Assembly: GCA_976551045.1 (NCBI GenBank)
Contig: CDPCPM010000054.1
Coordinates: forward strand, 11,780,001 to 11,844,000
Reading direction: 5' to 3'
From: Glaucostegus cemiculus
Taxonomy: Eukaryota
DNA length: 64,000 nt
Positions 26,708-39,000 of this stretch are shown here, in pieces. Each line of letters opens with the position of its first letter. Within the stretch, counting starts at the first letter, position 1. The position numbers were made by a program, and so were the translations under genes. Below the pieces are notes generated by a model. The model ran no database searches, was not told where the DNA came from, and saw only the letters and a program-made list of their open reading frames with translations.

Positions 26708-27743
26708 TGTGTAATCCAATGTGAAAACAGCATAGCGAAATGTATAAAGTCATGAGGAATACCATGGTTCATAAGACTGTGGTTAATAGTACAAGAAGGT
26801 CACAAAAAACAGTTTGCATGATTCTGGGAAAGAATGAAGAGGTGCTGATTGGAAATGTATAGACAGTGTGGTGTAAAGGGTCATGTGGTAGTCGTAAATC
26901 TCTATTGTACCTTTAAGTCTTAAAGGAACGTTCCATTTTTCCCCCATAAAGAGGAAATTAGGAACGATATTTTGAAGTGGAAGATTTGAACTGCTGGAAG
27001 GCAGCATCACCCGCACACATTGTCCGAGTCCATCTGGCTGCATCACAAGATGAATCAGTCAACTTGTACCTCAAATGTTTCACATCTTTTGCAAGCCAGG
27101 ACACCCAAGGCTCTTATTTTCCAAGTACTTCTGCCTTGCATTGTACAGGGAGCCAATTTATACACACAAACACCCAATAATAACTGGCAAGGTAGTCTGT
27201 TTTAATGATGCTGGTTATGGGTTATTGTCTAGGGTACTGGAGAGAAACAGGTTGGTCTCTTGCCAACCAGGTGGCAAAGAACCTTCTGCACCCACCTGAG
27301 TGGGCAACCAGTGCAACCTTCATTTTGCATCTCATCCTAAAGGTGGCAGTACTGCAATGGAAGAGTCAACTTAGACTTGGCTCGTGTCTAAGATTGGTAA
27401 TTGGTCATTATCACACGGAGCTTTGTGGGAACTTGCTGTGCACATATCTTGCTGTTTGGGTGAAAATGTCCTTCCTAATTTCATCTTTGTTGGAAGGGGG
27501 GGCGGGGAATGGAAAATGTGACCTTCCCTTTAAGAATTAAAGGTACAATGGAGATTTACAACCACCACATGACCCTTTGCAGCTCTTTGACTATACACTT
27601 TCAATCAGCACCTGCTCAGTTTTTCCCAGCATATAGTGTACTGTTGAGTGACCTTCTTGTATTATTAACCACAATCTTATGAACCATGACAATCCTCGTC
27701 ATTTTGTACATTCCACCTTGCTGTTTTTGCATTAGATTACACA
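26708..27743. repeat. Long imperfect inverted repeat (arms 26708-26973 and 27463-27743)
   Basis: Blocks shared in opposite orientation: catggttcataaga(c/t)tgtggttaata(g/a)tacaagaaggtcac; aaagggtcatgtggt(a/g)gt(c/t)gtaaatctc(t/c)attgtacctttaa(g/t)tcttaaagg; gaaattaggaa. Confidence 0.85.
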
Positions 27744-27914
27744 TCCACAACAGAAAACCTGCATCCCAACAGTGACTACACTTCAACAGTAACTGACCCA
27801 CAATTGGTATTGTATTCCTCTATAATTAAAATCGTGCTCTTTAAAAAGAGGTGAACGTATATCAGTCAGTGATAGATTAACTTAGCTCTGGAAATTAATT
27901 TCTGTCTTTCCTCT

Positions 27915-28135
27915 GTAGCGACTCACGCTACCGGGGTCTGAAACGCCATCAGCCGTCGCGGGGAAATGCGCGAGTTCCCGCGATAGCGCCGGAAGGCGGG
28001 ACTTCCGGCGGGAGTATGATGTCGCTTTCCGCCGGCCATGTTTTTTGTAGTTCGGGATATGCGCGGCTTCTGGTGAGTTATTAAAAGCGTGCTCGATCGA
28101 GTCTCCGTGTCCTCGTGTTCTTCTAAGTCGCACCC
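27915..28135. promoter_or_regulatory. Small intronic CpG island with housekeeping-promoter motifs
   Basis: Dense CpGs in CpG-poor surroundings; inverted ETS/GABP pair (gccggaag, acttccggc); YY1-like ggccatgttt and cgccatc; GTGAGT donors on both strands. Confidence 0.75.
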
Positions 28136-28539
28136 TGCTGGCTGCTACACCTCATCCCAATGGGCAAATTTACTTTGTGTGAAGGAGGGGCAGAACTAGG
28201 GTTATGGAACGTTGTTTCCAAATCTGATCTGTGCTCATTACTATGGTAATATTATGGGAATGCTTAATTTACTCAGGTACAGCAAACAGACCACCTCTTG
28301 TACTATTGTGGACATCTCTGTGGAGTTTTTGCACTCAGGTCTTGTTTTGCAGTCTTTTTTTCTCTTCATCATCTTGTATAATTTATGTTCTGTGTTGTTT
28401 GAACCCACGTACCAGTGATGCTGCTGCAAGCAAGTTTTTTTGTACCTGTACCTCACTGTACTTGTGTATATGACAATAGACTCAACCTGGCGATTTGAAA
28501 TTGCTCTGTGGATTCAAAATATCTCATGTTCCCAATACT

Positions 28540-28880
28540 GTCAAAGTTGAGTTTATTGTCATAAGCATGAGTATATGTATGCACGTGCAATGAAGAACTT
28601 ATTTTCAGCAGCATCACAGGCACATAGCATCAGGTAAGCTGCGTTCACAAGAAAAACATACAGTAAACATACATTTTACAAGAAAGAGCACAATCAGAAC
28701 AAGACAATTTTTGTGCAAAGTGGTCACAGTAATGGTTAGGGTTGTGTCAGTTGGTTCAAGAACCAAATAGTTGAAGGGAAGTAGCTGTTCTTGAACCTAT
28801 GGTGTGGGACTTAAGGCTTCTGCACCTCCTGCCTGATGGTAGCTGCAAGAAGGTGGTATGGCCCGATGGTGGGGACCTGC
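28540..28880 (-). mobile_element. Rex1/Babar-like LINE 3' fragment
   Basis: Reverse complement of the 207-652 family. Confidence 0.7.
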
Positions 28881-29133
28881 ACCTCAAGCACGTTTTGTTT
28901 CAATGTATGTAGTGTCATCTTCCATATCCAAAGGAGTTTTGTTCTGAGGACAATAAGTATTACAACCAAGGTGGTTAGGAGTGAATTCTAAAAGCTGGTG
29001 GTGCTCACAGCTATCAGATTTCAATGTCCTTCTCTTGGTTTTTTTCAAGAAGGCCTCCAGCCACCCATCACTTAGTGTACGTTAATGAATCTTTTGAAGA
29101 ATTCCTGATGCTATTCTTCCTTCCTCTCTGCAG

Positions 29134-29321
29134 GAAAAATTGAGAAATCCAGTGCAGTGTCACCAGTGACAGAAAGCCCAGTGCCCTCTCCACGGTCTGA
29201 GTCCACACCTGCGGAGCAGGAATCTTCAGGACAGTCTCGTTCCAGAGGCTTGATGGAGACGTTACTGGAAGACTATGAAGTACAGAAGGTTAAGCGGCGA
29301 GAGAGGCGGGACGAGCCTAAT
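29134..29321 (+). CDS. PALM2AKAP2: AKAP2 penultimate constitutive exon
   Basis: cttccttcctctctgcag|GA (phase 1) gives (G)KIEKSSAVSPVTESP..GLMETLLEDYEVQKVKRRERRDEPN|gtaagc (phase 0), matching human [36 protein letters not shown]. Confidence 0.93.
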
Positions 29322-29844
29322 GTAAGCACCTGTGTTTTTCCTAACCATAATGAAAGTTAAAACACTTGTGGGTTCCATTCAGTACCAAAAGTGCTGATAC
29401 TTGCCTTGAATCCCACTGCCATTGGACAGCTAGCCTCCATAGCCTCGGCATCGTCTACAAGAGAGATGGAGGTCCTTGAAACAATGCAGGGGACTGGTAG
29501 CATGTGGAGAAGGTTCTTCCACTTTGAGGGGATGAAGTTCAATGCTAAAAGTTAGATGGATGCTAATAAATGCATAAAGAATTCTGGAGTATGGTGTGGA
29601 GATCACTAATGTTAGGAGTAGTGAAGGCTAATAGCACAGATGCACTAAAGGAAAACTAGAGAGGAGAGAAGGGAGCAGAGTCTGGAACTAGAGGAGGTGG
29701 TGGAGGGATCTTATGTGGAGCATAAACACAGCCTTGCTGCTGTTGTAGCAAATGCCCTATGTCTGTGCTGTAATTTCTATGTTGAGTGCTACTAACAGTG
29801 TTAATATAAGAACCTAGACTAGACTAGGATCTCTCTTGGTGTTT

Positions 29845-30190
29845 CATAGTCATAGAGTAATACAGCATGGATACAGACCCTTCGGCCCTACGAGTCCATG
29901 CTGACCAAGGTGCCGACACAGCTAGTCCCAATTTCCTGTGTTTGGCCCAATCCCTCTAAGCCCCACCCCTCCATGCAACTATTCCAAGTGCTTCTTAAAT
30001 GATACTATTGTACCTGCCTCAACCACTTCCTCTGGCAGCTCGTTCCATATACTCACCACCCTCTGCATGAAAAAGTTACCCCTCGGGTCCCTTTTAAATC
30101 CTTCCTCTCTCACCCTAAATCTATGCCCCCGGTTTTGGACTCCCCCTACCCTGGGGATAAGGCTGTAACCATCCACCTTATCTATGCCTG
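29845..30190 (-). mobile_element. CR1 3' fragment
   Basis: NRGHRFRVREEGFKRDPRGNFFMQRVVSIWNELPEEVVEAGTI. Confidence 0.8.
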
Positions 30191-31715
30191 ATCTATAACA
30201 TCCTTGCTAAGACTGTCAGGCACAATTTCTGATAAGTTACCGAAGTGAGAATCTATCTCACGGATACAGATATTACAGGTCATCAGGTGACCCCTGTTTG
30301 CAAAGATCAAATATCTTCCTGATATTTTACAAATTGGTTATTTTCCCAACTTTGCATTGCCACCTGGGCTTGCTGGTCCTCCAGGATTGCCCTGGTTTCC
30401 AGGAATCCAACATTAATTACCAGGATGCCACGCCTGTGAGAACAGTCACAGGGATACACAAGAATATTCTTGTTTATGTTGGGGATGGGGAAGGGTTGTT
30501 GTCTGGTGGTGGTGGTGAGAGGCATGGTGTGTAGTCAATCACCTTTGGCTACCCACCACTGAGCCAAGAGTCAGTGCCCTGGATGAGGGACAGAAGACCC
30601 CTGATCTGTGACCAGCTGTTTTGCGTATCCACCTCGGGGATAAAGAGTGATGCCTACACCATATGGATGAACGCAGACATTTTTTGCAGTCTCTGAACTG
30701 GTACGTGATTTGCTTTCATCTCAGGGGGTCCCAGTGAGCCAGGGTGCAGATTTCAGTTGGTTGAGAGAGGTCCTGGTGGAAAGCTCAGGGAACCGCTTAA
30801 CAGCATGAGTTAGCACCTCAGTGAGAAGAGGAGATTGTCGAGTGGGGATAATGGGTCTCACCAAGAAACACCAAGAATTTAATGACAGTACAAACTCAAT
30901 GAATACTTGTGAATGGACTTCCACAGCACTGCTGAAAGTGGCATAAAGGGTCTCATTCCTGTACTCTTGTTTTGGAAGTGCTTCCACAGATGAGCAGATT
31001 ATCCAACGTGCCACCTTCTCTACCCAACCCCCACGTGTGCGTCTCTTCATTCTGTATTGCATGATAGATACACTGCTTCACAAGGACAGAAATATTACCA
31101 TAAAACTTGTCAAAATTTAGCTGTGAGCTTCTCACCTTGCATGTTAAAAGTTAAAATAAATTCTGTATACGATAATGCTGATGTTATATCTCCCCATCCA
31201 TCTGACATTCCCTACTATATTCCCATAATTAACTTTCCCTATAAAACATATCCCCCCCTCCCAAATTCTATCACCATTCTCCCTATTAAGTCTCTCATTC
31301 AGTCCCCAGTATCTGGTCTTCACTGTAGATTTTTATTGCAGCCAGCCTACATAACTTGGTCTCTTCTGACCATCCCACCCCACTGGCCTTCCTATTAACC
31401 CCTAACCCATTAAGGTCACTGCAGTAGCGTAAGAATCCCTGCAAACCCACCACCTCCCAAATCCCAAAGTAACTGATGTTGGACCCCTTGATCTGGAACC
31501 CCAATATATACCCCTACCCCAACACAGGTTAAATAACCCTGGAAGTGTCTGTCCTCAAAATGATGCTGTAAAATGAATCTCTACATAAATTCTAATCTCA
31601 AGCATATAATTCAATTTGTAATTCATTAAGCATGCTTATACAGGATAGATTTCCCAATGTTCCTATCACTCTTTAGAAGAATGACTAACAAGTACTAGTT
31701 CCTTTTCTCTGTCAG

Positions 31716-31775
31716 TACACCAGTATTCTTTCCTCTGCCAGGATCATTTCACAACTACCCTGTCAGTTGCTTGCT
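31716..31775 (+). CDS. PALM2AKAP2: Candidate alternatively spliced AKAP2 cassette exon (YTSILSSARIISQLPCQLLA)
   Basis: Branch-point GACTAAC at 31683, pyrimidine tract ttccttttctctgtcag, phase 0/0, 60 nt, donor GCT|gtaaac. Resembles the mammalian optional segment YTSKLLSCKVTSE at the same position. Confidence 0.6.
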
Positions 31776-32880
31776 GTAAACGGCATGTATGGCTTGCACG
31801 TTAATGTTCTGATAGACCAGAGTAATTGAAGTTACTAGATTGGTATCCTGTGGCCTGTTGGACATGAGTTCAAGCCCTGCATCAGCAACTGATAAAATTT
31901 AAATTCAAGTAATCAATTAAATCAAGATTGAAAAACTAAGATGCCTTGGCCTAACAAGCCATTTACCATTAAGGTTGAGCAATAAAAGCTGGCCTTGCCA
32001 AAGCCATCCACGTTTTTTTGAATGAATAATTTAAGAGTATCAATAGTTGTCACTAGGTAGAATTTAATTTGCTTTCAGCATAGAAATACTTGCATAGAAC
32101 TTATAGTAAAAGAACTGGCCATTCAGTTCAACTGGCCGAAGCCGGTCTTCACTCTCTACATCAGCCTACTCCCACCATTCCCATCTTCTCCTGACACTGT
32201 AGCCTTCAATTCCATTCTCACTCTTGTGTTCATCTGATGTCTCCTTTCTGATATTGCCTTTGAACATTCCCTACAACAGTACTTTCCACTTTGGAAAGAA
32301 CATTCGCCTGAATTCCTGGTTGTACATATCTCTTACATCTATTGCACCTTCTCATAACTTCCCTCAACCCCAGTCATCCCAGGGGAAAAGAAGCCCAGTC
32401 TGTTCAATCTTTCCTGATCAGTTTAACTTCTCTTTCTGGGGCAGTCAGATTATACATTCAAAGCGTTGGGTTTTAGAGAGATTTAGGGGAGGAGCAGAAG
32501 TTCAAAGGAGTGGTTGTGGGAGAGATTTCCAGAATATGGGGGCCTTAGCACGTGAAGGCAAAGTAGCCATCGGAGAGGTGTTAAAGTTCAGGCCAAATCT
32601 GTAAGGTAACGGAGACCTGGAGACAAGTAATGAGTATAGGTGGGTGAGTGAATGAGATTTGATTCAAGTTAGGATAATGAAGACAACTATAATGAAAGAA
32701 GAACTCAAGTTCCTTATAGTTAATCAGTGACAGAGTGGCATTGGAGTGATTGAAGATGCAAGTGACATCATTATCGGCAAGCAATGAGAAGGGTGATTAA
32801 AGAGGGGTCATAAACTTGTACACCAATGTGTACATCAGTAAGACGCCCTGAACTGTGGGTCTCAACATCAGCTGTGACCA

Positions 32881-33086
32881 GGAGACACAAGAGACAAAGT
32901 GCTGAAATCTGGAGCAACACACAAAATGCTGGAGGAACTCAGCAGGTCAGGCAGCATCTATGGAGGGAAATGGACAGTCGATGTTTCGGGTCGAGACCCT
33001 TCATCTGGACTGAAAGGGTCTCAACCCAAAACATTTACTGTCCACCTCCCTCCATAGATGCTGCCCGACCTGCTGAGTTCCTCCTG
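32881..33086. repeat. Palindromic Penelope-derived short element
   Basis: ggaggaactcagcaggtcaggcagcatctatggaggga...tccctccatagatgctgcccgacctgctgagttcctcc. Confidence 0.7.
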
Positions 33087-35374
33087 GGTTCTGATCAGCT
33101 GTGACCACATTCAGCCAGTCTCATTGCCTCAGGCATTGAGCTCCTCCCCCCTCCACTGCCCATACCCCCCCCCCCCATGTGAATGGAGGGGAGTTATTGA
33201 GAGAATGGTGGAGCACTTCCCAAGAAAAGTGGTTTCCCAAAATTGATGTCCCAGTTATGGGGTGGGAGGGAAAGGGTGACATAGCTGCAACTTATACATT
33301 GAATAATACGGTATATCAGTGAAAATGGTTACAATGGAGATTAGTTTGATGACCACACACAAGTGTCTGTTTGCTCAGAAGTGTTAGCTGACAAAAGAAA
33401 GTTTATTACCTCTGGAGAGAGAGGACTGCATGGAATAGTTACAGCAAAGTAAGTAGAAAGATGGGAGAAGCTGGGATGGTTTGCTGTAGAGAAGGTTAAG
33501 AGGAGATTTAATGGAAGTGTTTATAATTTGTAAAGGTTGTGACAAAGAGCAAAGATATTCCCACTGGCAAGCGGGTTGATAACCAGAGGACATGTTTTAA
33601 GGTACATCCCAACAGAATGAAAGGGAAAATGTAGAGAAATGCTTTTAGGCAGTACCCTCTTGCCTCTCACCTCCTCCTTTCCCCTCCTACCTTTCTCTTC
33701 CCCTCCCATCCTGGCTTTCTCCGCCCCTCCTCTCCTTCACCTTGTCTCCACCCTCCTCCTCCTCTCCCTTCCTCCACCTTCCTCTGCTCTTCCTCGAAGG
33801 TTGCTGCCAGGAGATTCGCTGAGGTACATTACAATTTTAGTGACGAGCCATTTCTCCTTCCCCAGCCGAGGACTCAGCCTTTATAAGTCAGCCACTTGGG
33901 TTGGGAAAACAGTAAGCGAAAGAGATCTTGTACAGAAAGGCCGATGTTGCTTTTAATAACAGGATACCCCTTTCAATATAGGACCTTTGGCAACACTACT
34001 CACTTTGAAACCTATCTTCTTTTCAGCTAAGCCACACAGACAGCAACCCTGCCCATAACCTCTCAGCTGCTACATTAGTAGGATTGTAAGTTAGAAACAT
34101 AGAAAGACTACAGCACAATTCAGGCCCTTCGGCCCACAAAGCTGTGCTGAACATGTCCCTACACTAGAAATTACTAGGCTTACCCATAGCCCTCTATTCC
34201 ACTCAGCTCCATGTACCTATCTAACAGTCTCTTGGAAGACCCTATCATATCCGCCTCCACCACTGCTTCCGGTAGCCCATTCCACGCACTCACCATTCTC
34301 TGAGTAAAAAAACTTACCCCTGACATCTCCTCTATATCTATTCCCCAGCACCTTAAACCTACTTTAACTACTTTTTAAAGAGCCACATTGTGTAGACAAC
34401 TTAAATGCATATGCATGCATCCTTAAAGCACTCGATGTTCTTTGTTGTGGGCCGTTGACCCTGCTCCCTCCCACTTCCAAGTCTCCAGGAACCTTAAGTG
34501 ACCTCAAATCACCTGGCATGGACCAGTTGGGCCGAAGGGCTTGTTTCCCTGCAGTATGACTCTAAGTCCCAGAAGCAGCAGGGTCAGGATCTCTTTTAGA
34601 ATGAAGACCATGTCCTGTCCTTCAAACCAAATGAGGGGAGTGGTTTCTCAGGAGTGGAGGAGAAAATGAAATATATTCTCGTATTGCATATGGTCTTCAT
34701 TTAAAGTAAAATACAAATACTCTTCTGCCTGTACATGATTGATATCCTTCCATTCCCTGCATATTCATTGCCTATCTAAAAGCCACTCAGTCATCACTAT
34801 CGTATCCGATTCCACCAATCCTCCAGCAACCTGTTCTAGGCACCACCAGACTCTGTGTAAATAAAAAATAACTTGCCTCACACATGCCCTTTAATCTTCC
34901 CCTCTCTCACCTCAAATGCACGTCCTCTAGTATTTGACATTTCTACCCTTGGAAAAAGATTCTGACTGTCTAACCTATCTACATGTAAGGGGGATTAGTG
35001 TAGGTAGATACTCAACAGTGGGCCGAAGGACCTGTTTTCGTGCTGTGTGACTGACTCTATTAACAGTAATGGCAGAATCCAACCAAATTAAAATAAGGAT
35101 TAAGGACCAAGTTCTAAATAAAGTACAAAATTTCAGGGGACACTCCATTGCAGGACTTCAGGGAGTGCTGCCTCAAAGCTGCTACACAAATGAATGCCTG
35201 ACTACTCACCGACAGAGTTGTAGTAGATTCCATAGTACTAACCTACAGAAGAGTGAGTTAGTTCTGGCCAATGTTTATCCTTCAGCCAATAAGCAGATTA
35301 TTAGCTCATAACCAAAGAGGCATTTAGTAGAGCTTGTCTGTTTCTCTGCAGCACAACAGCAACTAGTGGAAGTA

Positions 35375-36000
35375 ACGCACAAAGCACTGGAGGAACTCAG
35401 TGAGTTGGGCATCTATGGAGGGAAATGGACAATCGCCGTTTCAGGTTTTGACCCAAAACCCTTCATCTAGACTGGAAGAAAGAGGGTGATAGCCAGTTTA
35501 AAAAGGTGGAGGGAAGAGTGGAGCAAGAACTAGCAGGTGATAGGTAGATGAGGCCAGGAATGATGTCAGAAGCCAGGAGGTGATAGGTGGAAGTGACAAA
35601 GGGCTAAAGATATTGGAATATGATAGGACAGAACAGTGGAGCATGGAAATAAAGGGAGGGAGGTGGGGAGGGGAACCAGTGGGAGGTGTGTGTGGATGAT
35701 GGGCAGATGGAGAGGGTGATGTGGGTGATGGGCAGATGGAGAGGGTGATGTGGGTGATGGGCAGATGGAGGGGGTGATGTGGGCCAGGTAGATCAGGAGG
35801 AGAGAGAAAAGGGAGAGCATGTTACCGGAAGCTTGAGAATTCAATGTTCATGCCGCCAGGCTGGAGACTGCCCAGGTGGAATATGAAGTGTTATTCCTCT
35901 AATTTTTGTTTGGCTGTGACCTAGCAATGGAGGAAGCCATGGACAGACATGTCAGTGTGGGAATGTGAAGTAGAATTGAAATGACTGGCCACCAGGACAA
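35375..36000 (-). mobile_element. Penelope-like 3' remnant
   Basis: Minus strand encodes ..KLEE*HFIFHLGSLQPGGMNIEFS, followed by a pyrimidine-rich UTR and the terminal hairpin-family sequence. Confidence 0.7.
35698..35784 (+). repeat. 29-bp minisatellite, 3 copies
   Basis: gatgggcagatggagagggtgatgtgggt repeated three times. Confidence 0.9.
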
Positions 36001-39000
36001 CTAGGTGAAGTGTTTAGATGTGTCCTGAAGACATGAAAGCAGCTGTAGAAATGGAAGATTACTATTTTTAAATGGATACATTAATGGGGAAGTGCTGGAG
36101 CCTTTCATTGACCTAGGGCGTGTGGTGATTATGAGAAAGAGAAAATGGAAGAAGAACTGAAATAACAAGTCTGTTGTAACTTGGTAGAACTATACCTTGC
36201 ATATCTTCTGAAATTATTGAATCACTTTCGCCTGGATCATGAGGAGGTTTGTGAGCAAGTTGTTTTTTCCTTATTTAAAAATAAAAATGCTTTTCTGCAG
36301 TTCAATATACTATACATATGTTCTCCATTTAAAGTGAAAGAGGAAGCTGTAAGAAGTTCTGCTATCTTAATGTTGCATTGTTTTACGTGGCACAGATGGA
36401 GTAATTAATCAGCCTCGTCACAGATGGGGGAACCTGGGAATGTGAGTTTTGTAAAATTGCAACGGTTCAAGTATTATTAGTTAATCCACAATCCATCTTC
36501 TCATCGGTTACAAATCTCCGTAACCATTAATCTCTCTCTCTCCCTCATTCACTGTGCTTCCTTTTTAACTTGCTTAATCAATCCCTGCCTCCGGCCCAAA
36601 CATGGACCGCCCACTGGCAGCTACTGAGGTGGTGCCGGGGCCTCAATTAATGAGCTGATGTTCAACATGCTTCCTGACATGTGTCCATCATTAACAACAG
36701 AATCATCTTTCCAAGGCTACAGGGGCCTTGGGAATATCCCCCAAAGCGACTTATTCAGCTAACACAGGCAAGTGACCACTGATTTGTCGTGAGTGGGTTA
36801 TTCTCAGCACGCTCCTGTGACCCTGGTCTTCACCCCATACACTTAACAATCTCAGGAGAAGCAGTTATAAGGTTACAATGTCAATAACCATTAAACAAAC
36901 TTGGGATACAAAACCTTGGTACTTTGTGGCTATGTCTGTTTACCTGTGACCTGCATTATATGTGATGGTGAAACAATCCACAGCACCCAGCCAATACAAT
37001 TCCCTAAATATTGCCACAACTGAGAGATCACACTGAATGGCTGAAACTAGAAGTATCTTTTGTGTCCTCCACATGGTAAGATGATGTATTTTAGCAACTA
37101 GCAGTAGTTTTACTGCATGCACACAATATTGGAGCAAGGTTACAAGGGTTCATTAATGAGAACATGTTGGAGTGATTTGAGTAAATAGAACCACCAAAAT
37201 TTGCAGCACAGAAACAGACTGTTCAGCCCATCAAATCCATGCCAGCTGAAAATTACCTGCCCTACTGCCAAGCTCTTGATCTGTGGCCCACCAGTCACTC
37301 AAGCCTGCCCCCTTATCCAGGGCTACTCTACGTTTTAATTGCATTTGCCCTCTCATTTTATTGACTTGCCCTAACAATCAAAGCTGGATCTACTTTTGAA
37401 GCAAAGACAAGGGTGAATCTCTTAAATATGGCTCATGTTATATAGACCTGGGGGTCTTTGAACTGTAATTGCTCTTGTTCTATGTCCCTCACCACATGAA
37501 TCTCAAACCAGAGGTATGGTTGTGGGATAACAGCTTGATCATTTAGGAATGAAAGCACTTTGGTAGGAGGGTTGAAAATCATGAGAATTCACCATCCTAC
37601 AGGGCTGTGGATGTTTCGTTATTGAACATAATCAAGATTGAGATCGATAGCTTTGGGAATCAAAGGTTTTTGATTGGACAGGAAAGTAAAATTAAAGAGT
37701 AGGATTCACTGTGATCTAATTGAAAGGCAGTGAAGGTTTGAGGGAACATATGACCTATTCCTGCTCCTTCTCCTTTGCCAGAAAATCTGAACGTGTTAAT
37801 AAGGTGCTAAATAAATTCAAATTCTTTCTTAGTTGACACTCCCCACACCTCACTAAGTGTTCCTTGGTTTTTCTATTACCATGTGGAGATTAGAGTGGAT
37901 GGACACTAAGTCAAAGTCAGCATAGGTAATGAAGGTAGATCTGTGGGAAGAGAGCCTCCAATTATTTATTGATGAAGTAGCCCACTTTGTGTTAACTGCA
38001 GCTGGGTTCTGAGGATTTGTAACCCAAGTGTTCAACATTCTTTATATATAAAAAATTGATGACGCACTTCTCTTAGTTTACCTAGGCTGGGCTTGAATGT
38101 GGTATCCAACATCAGATATGTACTGTTGGACTGCACATTACAACAGCACACTGTTTAAAAATTAATTTGCAATATTGGCTCCAAATAAATGAATATGACA
38201 ATAGGCCTTGAATAAGTGTGCATGAGAGCAGAGATATTGCTATTTGCCAATCATTGCATTGTATCTAACCACCACTTTGTGTGGTGATGGATATTCAGTG
38301 TGTGGAACATGCACCTTTCAATTCTCTATTAGGTTATTGGACCTTTCCAATGCAAAGGAATTACTCCACCAAATTAATAAATATTCTCAAGAGAGACTAA
38401 GTTATTTGGAACTGAATCATTCATTCTGCTTTATTCCAATTAATTGTTTATAATGTGGGTCGATTTCAAAGGAGTAAAGCTTCCACGTTGGAACTTAAAA
38501 GGTCCATATTCCTTTCTGGACTGGTGTTGTTCACAAGAGGAAGTCTGGAGCACGGTTTCAACATGGAGGATGGATACCACCCTGTAACACTGTGAATCAA
38601 TCCAGCCTAGGGAGCTCAACTTCTGACATTTACTTATGCAGCCACTTCCTTCTCAAGGTGACCTCCCAGTTGAGTGGGTATTAATAATGATTTTGCAGTG
38701 CCAGTTTCTGATTCAGAACATTGTATCTGGAATGAAGTCAAAAGGTAAAGCCAGGGGTGAAAGGGAACAGCAATACTTTAATCTGTGTTGAAAACTGACA
38801 CAATACCAGTCCCTCCATTGGAAAAAGGTTATGCTAGGGGGTTGAATTGGTCACCAACATGGTAATATTACCAATGTAATGTCCATTTGGCCTTTATTAG
38901 TAATAGATCGGTTTCCTGATCTGTCAGTGAAAGTCAACTAACATTGCCAGATTTTTAACAACATTCAGACTTACAAGGCGGAATAATTTAAAAGTACAAT

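Noticed and set aside
26750-26850. C/D-box snoRNA within the inverted-repeat arms
   Set aside because: The C box is non-canonical in both arms, there is no terminal stem, and similarity extends well beyond the boxes
33660-33795. Polypyrimidine tract with a 105-aa L/P/S-rich ORF
   Set aside because: Low-complexity sequence; the ORF is a compositional artefact
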